From positions 31,932,001 to 31,996,000 of the forward strand of contig OZ249440.1 in NCBI GenBank assembly GCA_965235115.1: a stretch of DNA of 64,000 nt, written 5' to 3'. Position 1 is the first letter of the stretch. Each line of letters begins with the position of its first letter. This DNA comes from Laetmonice hystrix (taxonomy: Eukaryota). Position numbers and translations under genes: made by a program. Shown in pieces: positions 1 through 10,600 of the stretch. The notes beneath the pieces were generated by a model. It was not told the origin of the DNA and made no database searches. It saw only the letters and a program-made list of their open reading frames with translations.

Positions 1-203
1 TGATGAATTTGATTGAGTGGTTAGAGGTAATGTCTTAGGGCCAGACAGCCGTATCATGGGGATTAGGAAGAGGGGAAGGTGTTGGCTGAGTCGTTCGGGA
101 TAATGTCTAAAGGCCAGTCGGCCATATCATGGAGATTGTGAAGGGATGAAGGTGTTGGCTGAGTGTTTCGGGGTAATGTCTGAGGGCCAGTCAGCCATAT
201 CAT

Positions 204-224
204 GGGGATTGGGAAGAGGGAGGG
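204..224 (+). other. Canonical G-quadruplex-forming motif, present in most monomers (i-motif candidate on the - strand)
   Basis: GGGG-ATT-GGG-AAGA-GGG-A-GGG matches G3+N1-7G3+N1-7G3+N1-7G3+. Folding is not demonstrated. Confidence 0.8.
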
Positions 225-227
225 TGT

Positions 228-269
228 TGGCTGAGTGGTTCGGGGTAATGTCTAAGGGCCAGTCAGCCA
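228..269. repeat. 11-bp imperfect inverted repeat within each monomer (hairpin or cruciform potential)
   Basis: TGGCTGAGTGG (228-238) and CCAGTCAGCCA (259-269) are complementary at 10 of 11 positions, with 20 nt between them. Confidence 0.85.
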
Positions 270-1081
270 TATCATGGGGATTGGGAAGAGGGAGGGTGTT
301 GGCTGAGTGGTTCGGGGTAATGTCTGAGGGACAGTCAGCCATATCATGGGGATTGAGAAGAGGGGGGTGTTGGCTGGGTGGTTCGGGGTAATGTCTAAGG
401 GCCAGTCAGCCATATCATGGGGATTGGGAAGGGGGAGGGTGGTGGCTCAGTGGTTCCGGGTAATGTCTAAGGGCCAGTCAGCCATATCATGGGGATTGGG
501 AAGAGGGAGGGTGTTGGCTGAGTGGTTCGAGGTAATGTCTAAGGGCCAGCCAGCCATATCATGGGGATTGGGAAGAGGGAGGCTGTTGGCTGAGTGGTTC
601 GGGGTAATGTCTGAGGGCCAGTCAGCCATATCATGAGGATTGGGAAGAGGGAGGGTGTTGGCTGAGTGGTTCGGGGTAATGTCTGAGGGCCAGTCAGCCA
701 TATCATGGGGATTGGGAAGAGGGAGGGTGTTGGCTGGGTGGTTCGGGGTAATGTCTGAGGGCTAGTCAGCAATATCATGGGGATTGGGAAGGGGGAGGGT
801 GTTGGCTGGGTGGTTCCGGGTAATGTCTAAGGGCCAGTCAGCCATATCATGGGGATTGGGAAGAGGGAGGGTGTTGGCTGAGTGGTTCGGGGTAATGTCT
901 GAGGGCCAGTCAGCCATATCATGGGGATTGGGAAGAGGGAGGGTGTTGTCTGAGTGGTTAGGGATAACATCTGAGGGCCACTCAACCATATCATTGGGAT
1001 TGGAAAGAGGGGGGAAGGTGTTGGCTGAGTGGTTAGGCTTAACGTCACATGGCCAGTTAGCCATATTATAGGGGTTTGGAA

Positions 1082-1178
1082 TTCGAGTCATCTTATCATC
1101 ATTTATGATCATTGTCATTCCCCGTGGGGCCCGGGGAACAATAGGCCCCATTCGTTTCATCACCCTGTGGGAGTGAGT
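1082..1178 (-). mobile_element. ~97-bp insert splitting a monomer; possible 3' end remnant of a non-LTR retrotransposon (RTE-like)
   Basis: Flanks read as the two halves of a monomer (GGGGTTTGGAA | GTGGGGAAGGTGTT). The - strand reads GGCCTATTGTTCCCCGGGCCCCACGGGGAATGAC and ends in a degenerate (TGA/TAA)n-like tail. The insertion is visible; the family assignment is recall-based inference. Confidence 0.35.
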
Positions 1179-1325
1179 GTGGGGAAGGTGTTAGTTGTGT
1201 GGTTAGAGGTAATGTCTGAGGGCCAGACAGCCACAGCATGTGGATTGGGAAGGGGATGAGATGTCGGCTAAGTGTTTGGAGGGAATGTCTGAAGACCAAT
1301 TAGTCATGTCAGGGATTGGGAGGGG
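1179..1325. repeat. Two strongly diverged 72-bp monomers stranded inside the spacer
   Basis: GGTAATGTCTGAGGGCCAGACAGCCA and GGAATGTCTGAAGACCAATTAGTCA align to the monomer core, each followed by GGATTGGGA. Confidence 0.85.
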
Positions 1326-1335
1326 CGTATAGGAT

Positions 1336-1625
1336 TGGTTGGAGGTGGTAGTATAGAAAAAAAACGAAAAATAGCCCCAAAAAATCAAAAGAGAAAAAAA
1401 TGAAACAACAGTTTGTGGGTAATGGATGTCGCAGTACTGAGATATGTCTGCTGGGTGTTTATATCAAGGTTAATTTGACTTCGCTGTACTGGAGCGTCAC
1501 TCTGGGTGGTTGGAGGTGGTAGTATAGAAGAAAAGGGGAAACATACCCAAAAAATCACAAAAGAAAACAATGAAAAAAAGTTTGTTGGTGTTGACCCTTC
1601 AGATGAAATATCTGCACTGTGTTAC
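1336..1625. repeat. Old direct duplication of an A-rich block in the spacer (171-bp offset)
   Basis: TGGTTGGAGGTGGTAGTATAGAA is identical at 1336 and 1507. Both are followed by CCCAAAAAATCA, AATGAAA and AGTTTGT(G/T)GGT, with weaker similarity beyond. Confidence 0.9.
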
Positions 1626-4600
1626 GACGCCACCCCTGCACACATGTAATTCTTGTCTTGTTGTAACTGAATGACTGTAGTAAAAATCAACAATGATGAA
1701 TTTGGTTGAGTGGTTAGAGGTAATGTCTTAGGGCCAGACAGCCGTATCATGGGGATTAGGAAGAGGGGAAGGTGTTGGCTGAGTCGTTCGGGATAATGTC
1801 TAAAGGCCAGTCGGCCATATCATGGAGATTGTGAAGGGATGAAGGTGTTGGCTGAGTGGTTCGGGGTAATGTCTGAGGGCCAGTCAGCCATATCATGAGG
1901 ATTGGGAAGGGGGAGGGTGTTGGCTGAGTGGTTCGGGGTAATGTCTCAGGGACAGTCAGCCATATCATGGGGATTGGGAAGAGGGAGGGTGTTGGCTGGG
2001 TGTTTCGGGGTAATGTCTGAGGGCCAGTCAGCCATATTATGGGGATTGGGAAGGGGGAGGCTGTTGGCTGAGTGGTTTGGGGTAATGTCTGATGGCCAAT
2101 CAGCCATATCATGGGGATTGGGAAGAGGGAGGATGTTGGCTGAGTGGTTCGGGGTAATGTCTGAGGGCCAGTCAGCCATATCATGGGGATTGGGAAAAGG
2201 GAGGGTGTTGGCTGAGTGGTTCGGGGTAAAAAAGTCTGAGGGCCAGTCAGCCATATCATGGGGATTGGGAAGAGGGAGGGTGTTGGCTGAGTGGTTCGGG
2301 GTATTGGCTGAGGGACAGTCAGCCATATCATGGGGATTGGGAAGAGGGAGGGTGTTGGCTGGGTGGTTCGGGGTAATGTCTGAGGGCCAGTCAGCCATAT
2401 CATGGGGATTGGGAAGGGGAAGGGTGTTGGCTGAGTGGTTCGGGATAATGTCTGAGGGCCAATCAGCCATATCATGGGGATTGGGAAGGGGGAGGGTGTT
2501 GGCTGAGTGGTTCGGGGTAATGTCTGAGGGCCCGTCAGCCATATCATGGGGATTGGGAAGAGGGAGGGTGTTGGCTGAGTGGTTCGGGGTAATGTCTAAG
2601 GGCCAGTCAGCCATATCATTGGGATTGGAAAGAGGGGGGAAGGTGTTGGCTGAGTGGTTAGGGTTAACGTCACATGGCCAGTTAGCCATATTATAGGGGT
2701 TCGGAATTCGAGTCATCTTATCATCATTTATGATCATTGTCATTACCCGTGGGGCCCGGGGAACAATAGGCCCCATTCGTTTCATCACCCTATGGGAGTG
2801 AGTGTGGGGAAGGTGTTGGTTGTGTGGCTAGAGGTAATGTCTGAGGGCCAGACAGCCACAGCATGTGGATTGGGAAGGGGATGAGATGTCGGCTAAGTGT
2901 TTGGAGGGAATGTCTGAAGACCAATTAGTCATGTCAGGGATTGGGAAGGGGGTATAGGATTGGTTGGAGGTGGTAGTATAGAAGAAAAACGGAAATAGCC
3001 CCAAAAAATCAAAAGAGAAAAAAATGAAACAAAAGTTTGTGGGTAATGGATGTCGCAGTACTGAGATATGTCTGCTAGGTGTTTATATCAAGGTTAATTT
3101 GATTTCGCTGTACTGGAGCGTCACTCTGGGTGGTTGGAGGTGGTAGTATAGAAGAAAAGGGGAAAAATACCCCAAAAATCACAAAAGAAAACAATGAAAA
3201 AAAGTTTGTTGGTGTTGACCCTTCAGATGAAATATCTGCACTGTGTTACGACGCCACCCCTGCACACATGTAATTCTTGTCTTGTTGTAACTGAATGACT
3301 GTAGTAAAAATCAACAATGATGAATTTGATTGAGTGGTTAGAGGTAATGTCTTAGGGCCAGACAGCCGTATCATGGGGATTAGGAAGAGGGGAAGGTGTT
3401 GGCTGAGTCGTTCGGGATAATGTCTAAAGGCCAGTCGGCCATATCATGGAGATTGTGAAGGGATGAAGGTGTTGGCTGAGTGTTTCGGGGTAATGTCTGA
3501 GGGCCAGTCAGCCATATCATGGGGATTGGGAAGAGGGAGGGTGTTGGCTGAGTGGTTCGGGGTAATGTCTAAGGGCCAGTCAGCCATATCATGGGGATTG
3601 GGAAGAGGGAGGGTGTTGGCTGAGTGGTTCGGGGTAATGTCTGAGGGACAGTCAGCCATATCATGGGGATTGAGAAGAGGGGGGTGTTGGCTGGGTGGTT
3701 CGGGGTAATGTCTAAGGGCCAGTCAGCCATATCATGGGGATTGGGAAGGGGGAGGGTGGTGGCTCAGTGGTTCCGGGTAATGTCTAAGGGCCAGTCAGCC
3801 ATATCATGGGGATTGGGAAGAGGGAGGGTGTTGGCTGAGTGGTTCGAGGTAATGTCTAAGGGCCAGCCAGCCATATCATGGGGATTGGGAAGAGGGAGGC
3901 TGTTGGCTGAGTGGTTCGGGGTAATGTCTGAGGGCCAGTCAGCCATATCATGAGGATTGGGAAGAGGGAGGGTGTTGGCTGAGTGGTTCGGGGTAATGTC
4001 TGAGGGCCAGTCAGCCATATCATGGGGATTGGGAAGAGGGAGGGTGTTGGCTGGGTGGTTCGGGGTAATGTCTGAGGGCTAGTCAGCAATATCATGGGGA
4101 TTGGGAAGGGGGAGGGTGTTGGCTGGGTGGTTCCGGGTAATGTCTAAGGGCCAGTCAGCCATATCATGGGGATTGGGAAGAGGGAGGGTGTTGGCTGAGT
4201 GGTTCGGGGTAATGTCTGAGGGCCAGTCAGCCATATCATGGGGATTGGGAAGAGGGAGGGTGTTGTCTGAGTGGTTAGGGATAACATCTGAGGGCCACTC
4301 AACCATATCATTGGGATTGGAAAGAGGGGGGAAGGTGTTGGCTGAGTGGTTAGGCTTAACGTCACATGGCCAGTTAGCCATATTATAGGGGTTTGGAATT
4401 CGAGTCATCTTATCATCATTTATGATCATTGTCATTCCCCGTGGGGCCCGGGGAACAATAGGCCCCATTCGTTTCATCACCCTGTGGGAGTGAGTGTGGG
4501 GAAGGTGTTAGTTGTGTGGTTAGAGGTAATTTCTGAGGGCCAGACAGCCACAGCATGTGGATTGGGAAGGGGATGAGATGTCGGCTAAGTGTTTGGAGGG

Positions 4601-7600
4601 AATGTCTGAAGACCAATTAGTCATGTCAGGGATTGGGAGGGGCGTATAGGATTGGTTGGAGGTGGTAGTATAGAAAAAAAAACGAAAAATAGCCCCAAAA
4701 AATCAAAAGAGAAAAAAATGAAACAACAGTTTGTGGGTAATGGATGTCGCAGTACTGAGATATGTCTGCTGGGTGTTTATATCAAGGTTAATTTGACTTC
4801 GCTGTACTGGAGCGTCACTCTGGGTGGTTGGAGGTGGTAGTATAGAAGAAAAGGGGAAACATACCCAAAAAATCACAAAAGAAAACAATGAAAAAAAGTT
4901 TGTTGGTGTTGACCCTTCAGATGAAATATCTGCACTGTGTTACGACGCCACCCCTGCACACATGTAATTCTTGTCTTGTTGTAACTGAATGACTGTAGTA
5001 AAAATCAACAATGATGAATTTGGTTGAGTGGTTAGAGGTAATGTCTTAGGGCCAGACAGCCGTATCATGGGGATTAGGAAGAGGGGAAGGTGTTGGCTGA
5101 GTCGTTCGGGATAATGTCTAAAGGCCAGTCGGCCATATCATGGAGATTGTGAAGGGATGAAGGTGTTGGCTGAGTGGTTCAGGGTAATGTCTGAGGGCCA
5201 GTCAGCCATATCATGAGGATTGGGAAGGGGGAGGGTGTTGGCTGAGTGGTTCGGGGTAATGTCTCAGGGACAGTCAGCCATATCATGGGGATTGGGAAGA
5301 GGGAGGGTGTTGGCTGGGTGTTTCGGGGTAATGTCTGAGGGCCAGTCAGCCATATTATGGGGATTGGGAAGGGGGAGGCTGTTGGCTGAGTGGTTTGGGG
5401 TAATGTCTGATGGCCAATCAGCCATATCATGGGGATTGGGAAGAGGCAGGATGTTGGCTGAGTGGTTCGGGGTAATGTCTGAGGGCCAGTCAGCCATATC
5501 ATGGGGATTGGGAAAAGGGAGGGTGTTGGCTGAGTGGTTCGGGGTAAAAAAGTCTGAGGGCCAGTCAGCCATATCATGGGGATTGGGAAGAGGGAGGGTG
5601 TTGGCTGAGTGGTTCGGGGTATTGGCTGAGGGACAGTCAGCCATATCATGGGGATTGGGAAGAGGGAGGGTGTTGGCTGGGTGGTTCGGGGTAATGTCTG
5701 AGGGCCAGTCAGCCATATCATGGGGATTGGGAAGGGGAAGGGTGTTGGCTGAGTGGTTCGGGATAATGTCTGAGGGCCAATCAGCCATATCATGGGGATT
5801 GGGAAGGGGGAGGGTGTTGGCTGAGTGGTTCGGGGTAATGTCTGAGGGCCCGTCAGCCATATCATGGGGATTGGGAAGAGGGAGGGTGTTGGCTGAGTGG
5901 TTCGGGGTAATGTCTAAGGGCCAGTCAGCCATATCATGGGGATAGCGTAGTGGGAGGGTGTTGGCTGAGTGGTTGGGAGTAATGTCTGAGGGTCAGTCAG
6001 CCATATCATGGGGATTGGGAAGAGGGAGGGTGTTGGCTGAGTGGTTAGGGGTAACATCTGAGGGCCAGTCAACCATATCATTGGGATTGGAAAGAGGGGG
6101 GAAGGTGTTGGCTGAGTGGTTAGGGTTAACGTCACATGGCCAGTTAGCCATATTATAGGGGTTCGGAATTCGAGTCATCTTATCATCATTTATGATCATT
6201 GTCATTACCCGTGGGGCCCGGGGAACAATAGGCCCCATTCGTTTCATCACCCTATGGGAGTGAGTGTGGGGAAGGTGTTGGTTGTGTGGCTAGAGGTAAT
6301 GTCTGAGGGCCAGACAGCCACAGCATGTGGATTGGGAAGGGGATGAGATGTCGGCTAAGTGTTTGGAGGGAATGTCTGAAGACCAATTAGTCATGTCAGG
6401 GATTGGGAAGGGGGTATAGGATTGGTTGGAGGTGGTAGTATAGAAGAAAAACGGAAATAGCCCCAAAAAATCAAAAGAGAAAAAAATGAAACAAAAGTTT
6501 GTGGGTAATGGATGTCGCAGTACTGAGATATGTCTGCTAGGTGTTTATATCAAGGTTAATTTGATTTCGCTGTACTGGAGCGTCACTCTGGGTGGTTGGA
6601 GGTGGTAGTATAGAAGAAAAGGGGAAAAATACCCCAAAAATCACAAAAGAAAACAATGAAAAAAAGTTTGTTGGTGTTGACCCTTCAGATGAAATATCTG
6701 CACTGTGTTACGACGCCACCCCTGCACACATGTAATTCTTGTCTTGTTGTAACTGAATGACTGTAGTAAAAATCAACAATGATGAATTTGATTGAGTGGT
6801 TAGAGGTAATGTCTTAGGGCCAGACAGCCGTATCATGGGGATTAGGAAGAGGGGAAGGTGTTGGCTGAGTCGTTCGGGATAATGTCTAAAGGCCAGTCGG
6901 CCATATCATGGAGATTGTGAAGGGATGAAGGTGTTGGCTGAGTGTTTCGGGGTAATGTCTGAGGGCCAGTCAGCCATATCATGGGGATTGGGAAGAGGGA
7001 GGGTGTTGGCTGAGTGGTTCGGGGTAATGTCTAAGGGCCAGTCAGCCATATCATGGGGATTGGGAAGAGGGAGGGTGTTGGCTGAGTGGTTCGGGGTAAT
7101 GTCTGAGGGACAGTCAGCCATATCATGGGGATTGAGAAGAGGGGGGTGTTGGCTGGGTGGTTCGGGGTAATGTCTAAGGGCCAGTCAGCCATATCATGGG
7201 GATTGGGAAGGGGGAGGGTGGTGGCTCAGTGGTTCCGGGTAATGTCTAAGGGCCAGTCAGCCATATCATGGGGATTGGGAAGAGGGAGGGTGTTGGCTGA
7301 GTGGTTCGAGGTAATGTCTAAGGGCCAGCCAGCCATATCATGGGGATTGGGAAGAGGGAGGCTGTTGGCTGAGTGGTTCGGGGTAATGTCTGAGGGCCAG
7401 TCAGCCATATCATGAGGATTGGGAAGAGGGAGGGTGTTGGCTGAGTGGTTCGGGGTAATGTCTGAGGGCCAGTCAGCCATATCATGGGGATTGGGAAGAG
7501 GGAGGGTGTTGGCTGGGTGGTTCGGGGTAATGTCTGAGGGCTAGTCAGCAATATCATGGGGATTGGGAAGGGGGAGGGTGTTGGCTGGGTGGTTCCGGGT

Positions 7601-10600
7601 AATGTCTAAGGGCCAGTCAGCCATATCATGGGGATTGGGAAGAGGGAGGGTGTTGGCTGAGTGGTTCGGGGTAATGTCTGAGGGCCAGTCAGCCATATCA
7701 TGGGGATTGGGAAGAGGGAGGGTGTTGTCTGAGTGGTTAGGGATAACATCTGAGGGCCACTCAACCATATCATTGGGATTGGAAAGAGGGGGGAAGGTGT
7801 TGGCTGAGTGGTTAGGCTTAACGTCACATGGCCAGTTAGCCATATTATAGGGGTTTGGAATTCGAGTCATCTTATCATCATTTATGATCATTGTCATTCC
7901 CCGTGGGGCCCGGGGAACAATAGGCCCCATTCGTTTCATCACCCTGTGGGAGTGAGTGTGGGGAAGGTGTTAGTTGTGTGGTTAGAGGTAATTTCTGAGG
8001 GCCAGACAGCCACAGCATGTGGATTGGGAAGGGGATGAGATGTCGGCTAAGTGTTTGGAGGGAATGTCTGAAGACCAATTAGTCATGTCAGGGATTGGGA
8101 GGGGCGTATAGGATTGGTTGGAGGTGGTAGTATAGAAAAAAAAAACGAAAAATAGCCCCAAAAAATCAAAAGAGAAAAAAATGAAACAACAGTTTGTGGG
8201 TAATGGATGTCGCAGTACTGAGATATGTCTGCTGGGTGTTTATATCAAGGTTAATTTGACTTCGCTGTACTGGAGCGTCACTCTGGGTGGTTGGAGGTGG
8301 TAGTATAGAAGAAAAGGGGAAACATACCCAAAAAATCACAAAAGAAAACAATGAAAAAAAGTTTGTTGGTGTTGACCCTTCAGATGAAATATCTGCACTG
8401 TGTTACGACGCCACCCCTGCACACATGTAATTCTTGTCTTGTTGTAACTGAATGACTGTAGTAAAAATCAACAATGATGAATTTGGTTGAGTGGTTAGAG
8501 GTAATGTCTTAGGGCCAGACAGCCGTATCATGGGGATTAGGAAGAGGGGAAGGTGTTGGCTGAGTCGTTCGGGATAATGTCTAAAGGCCAGTCGGCCATA
8601 TCATGGAGATTGTGAAGGGATGAAGGTGTTGGCTGAGTGGTTCAGGGTAATGTCTGAGGGCCAGTCAGCCATATCATGAGGATTGGGAAGGGGGAGGGTG
8701 TTGGCTGAGTGGTTCGGGGTAATGTCTCAGGGACAGTCAGCCATATCATGGGGATTGGGAAGAGGGAGGGTGTTGGCTGGGTGTTTCGGGGTAATGTCTG
8801 AGGGCCAGTCAGCCATATTATGGGGATTGGGAAGGGGGAGGCTGTTGGCTGAGTGGTTTGGGGTAATGTCTGATGGCCAATCAGCCATATCATGGGGATT
8901 GGGAAGAGGCAGGATGTTGGCTGAGTGGTTCGGGGTAATGTCTGAGGGCCAGTCAGCCATATCATGGGGATTGGGAAAAGGGAGGGTGTTGGCTGAGTGG
9001 TTCGGGGTAAAAAAGTCTGAGGGCCAGTCAGCCATATCATGGGGATTGGGAAGAGGGAGGGTGTTGGCTGAGTGGATCGGGGTATTGGCTGAGGGACAGT
9101 CAGCCATATCATGGGGATTGGGAAGAGGGAGGGTGTTGGCTGGGTGGTTCGGGGTAATGTCTGAGGGCCAGTCAGCCATATCATGGGGATTGGGAAGGGG
9201 AAGGGTGTTGGCTGAGTGGTTCGGGATAATGTCTGAGGGCCAATCAGCCATATCATGGGGATTGGGAAGGGGGAGGGTGTTGGCTGAGTGGTTCGGGGTA
9301 ATGTCTGAGGGCCCGTCAGCCATATCATGGGGATTGGGAAGAGGGAGGGTGTTGGCTGAGTGGTTCGGGGTAATGTCTAAGGGCCAGTCAGCCATATCAT
9401 GGGGATAGCGTAGTGGGAGGGTGTTGGCTGAGTGGTTGGGAGTAATGTCTGAGGGTCAGTCAGCCATATCATGGGGATTGGGAAGAGGGAGGGTGTTGGC
9501 TGAGTGGTTAGGGGTAACATCTGAGGGCCAGTCAACCATATCATTGGGATTGGAAAGAGGGGGGAAGGTGTTGGCTGAGTGGTTAGGGTTAACGTCACAT
9601 GGCCAGTTAGCCATATTATAGGGGTTCGGAATTCGAGTCATCTTATCATCATTTATGATCATTGTCATTACCCGTGGGGCCCGGGGAACAATAGGCCCCA
9701 TTCGTTTCATCACCCTATGGGAGTGAGTGTGGGGAAGGTGTTGGTTGTGTGGCTAGAGGTAATGTCTGAGGGCCAGACAGCCACAGCATGTGGATTGGGA
9801 AGGGGATGAGATGTCGGCTAAGTGTTTGGAGGGAATGTCTGAAGACCAATTAGTCATGTCAGGGATTGGGAAGGGGGTATAGGATTGGTTGGAGGTGGTA
9901 GTATAGAAGAAAAACGGAAATAGCCCCAAAAAATCAAAAGAGAAAAAAATGAAACAAAAGTTTGTGGGTAATGGATGTCGCAGTACTGAGATATGTCTGC
10001 TAGGTGTTTATATCAAGGTTAATTTGATTTCGCTGTACTGGAGCGTCACTCTGGGTGGTTGGAGGTGGTAGTATAGAAGAAAAGGGGAAAAATACCCCAA
10101 AAATCACAAAAGAAAACAATGAAAAAAAGTTTGTTGGTGTTGACCCTTCAGATGAAATATCTGCACTGTGTTACGACGCCACCCCTGCACACATGTAATT
10201 CTTGTCTTGTTGTAACTGAATGACTGTAGTAAAAATCAACAATGATGAATTTGATTGAGTGGTTAGAGGTAATGTCTTAGGGCCAGACAGCCGTATCATG
10301 GGGATTAGGAAGAGGGGAAGGTGTTGGCTGAGTCGTTCGGGATAATGTCTAAAGGCCAGTCGGCCATATCATGGAGATTGTGAAGGGATGAAGGTGTTGG
10401 CTGAGTGTTTCGGGGTAATGTCTGAGGGCCAGTCAGCCATATCATGGGGATTGGGAAGAGGGAGGGTGTTGGCTGAGTGGTTCGGGGTAATGTCTAAGGG
10501 CCAGTCAGCCATATCATGGGGATTGGGAAGAGGGAGGGTGTTGGCTGAGTGGTTCGGGGTAATGTCTGAGGGACAGTCAGCCATATCATGGGGATTGAGA

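Larger units (their letters stand above)
10..1081. repeat. 72-bp monomer array of unit 1 (~15 copies; representative of all 37 arrays)
   Basis: Direct tandem repeats of the 72-bp consensus, e.g. one monomer at 204-275. ORF translations show a 24-aa period. Occasional 70-, 73- and 75-bp variants occur. Confidence 0.98.
1082..1693. repeat. Conserved spacer of the macro-unit (representative copy)
   Basis: A near-identical block follows every array. Copies differ by scattered SNPs and A-tract length. Confidence 0.95.

Noticed and set aside
10..1081. CRISPR-like array (palindromic repeats with an AT-rich leader-like block)
   Set aside because: There are no unique spacers, since the entire 72 bp is repeated, and no cas genes are present.
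1140..1310. Hammerhead or HDV-like ribozyme (CTGAAGA on +; GTGATGAAACGAATGGGG on -), as in some transcribed satellites
   Set aside because: I could not build the hammerhead core (no stem II plus GAAA with matching stems I and III) or a full HDV P1-P4 fold. CTGAAGA is a variant of the monomer's CTGAGGG. An Infernal scan would be decisive.
1376..1480. Sm-site or spliced-leader/snRNA gene (GATTTTTTGGG on -; AAGGTTAATTTGA on +)
   Set aside because: Such matches are expected in A/T tracts, and I found no flanking stem-loops or recognisable snRNA sequence.
1336..1677. 171-bp offset suggesting alpha-satellite
   Set aside because: Only the length coincides. There are just two diverged copies per unit and no recognisable alphoid sequence or CENP-B box.
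1693..1782. C/D box snoRNA (ATGATGA ... CTGA)
   Set aside because: CTGA occurs in every monomer, the terminal stem is negligible, and the interior is degenerate satellite.
2658..2667. Telomeric TTAGGG
   Set aside because: These are isolated hexamers produced by a C>A change in TTCGGG, with no tandem telomeric tract.
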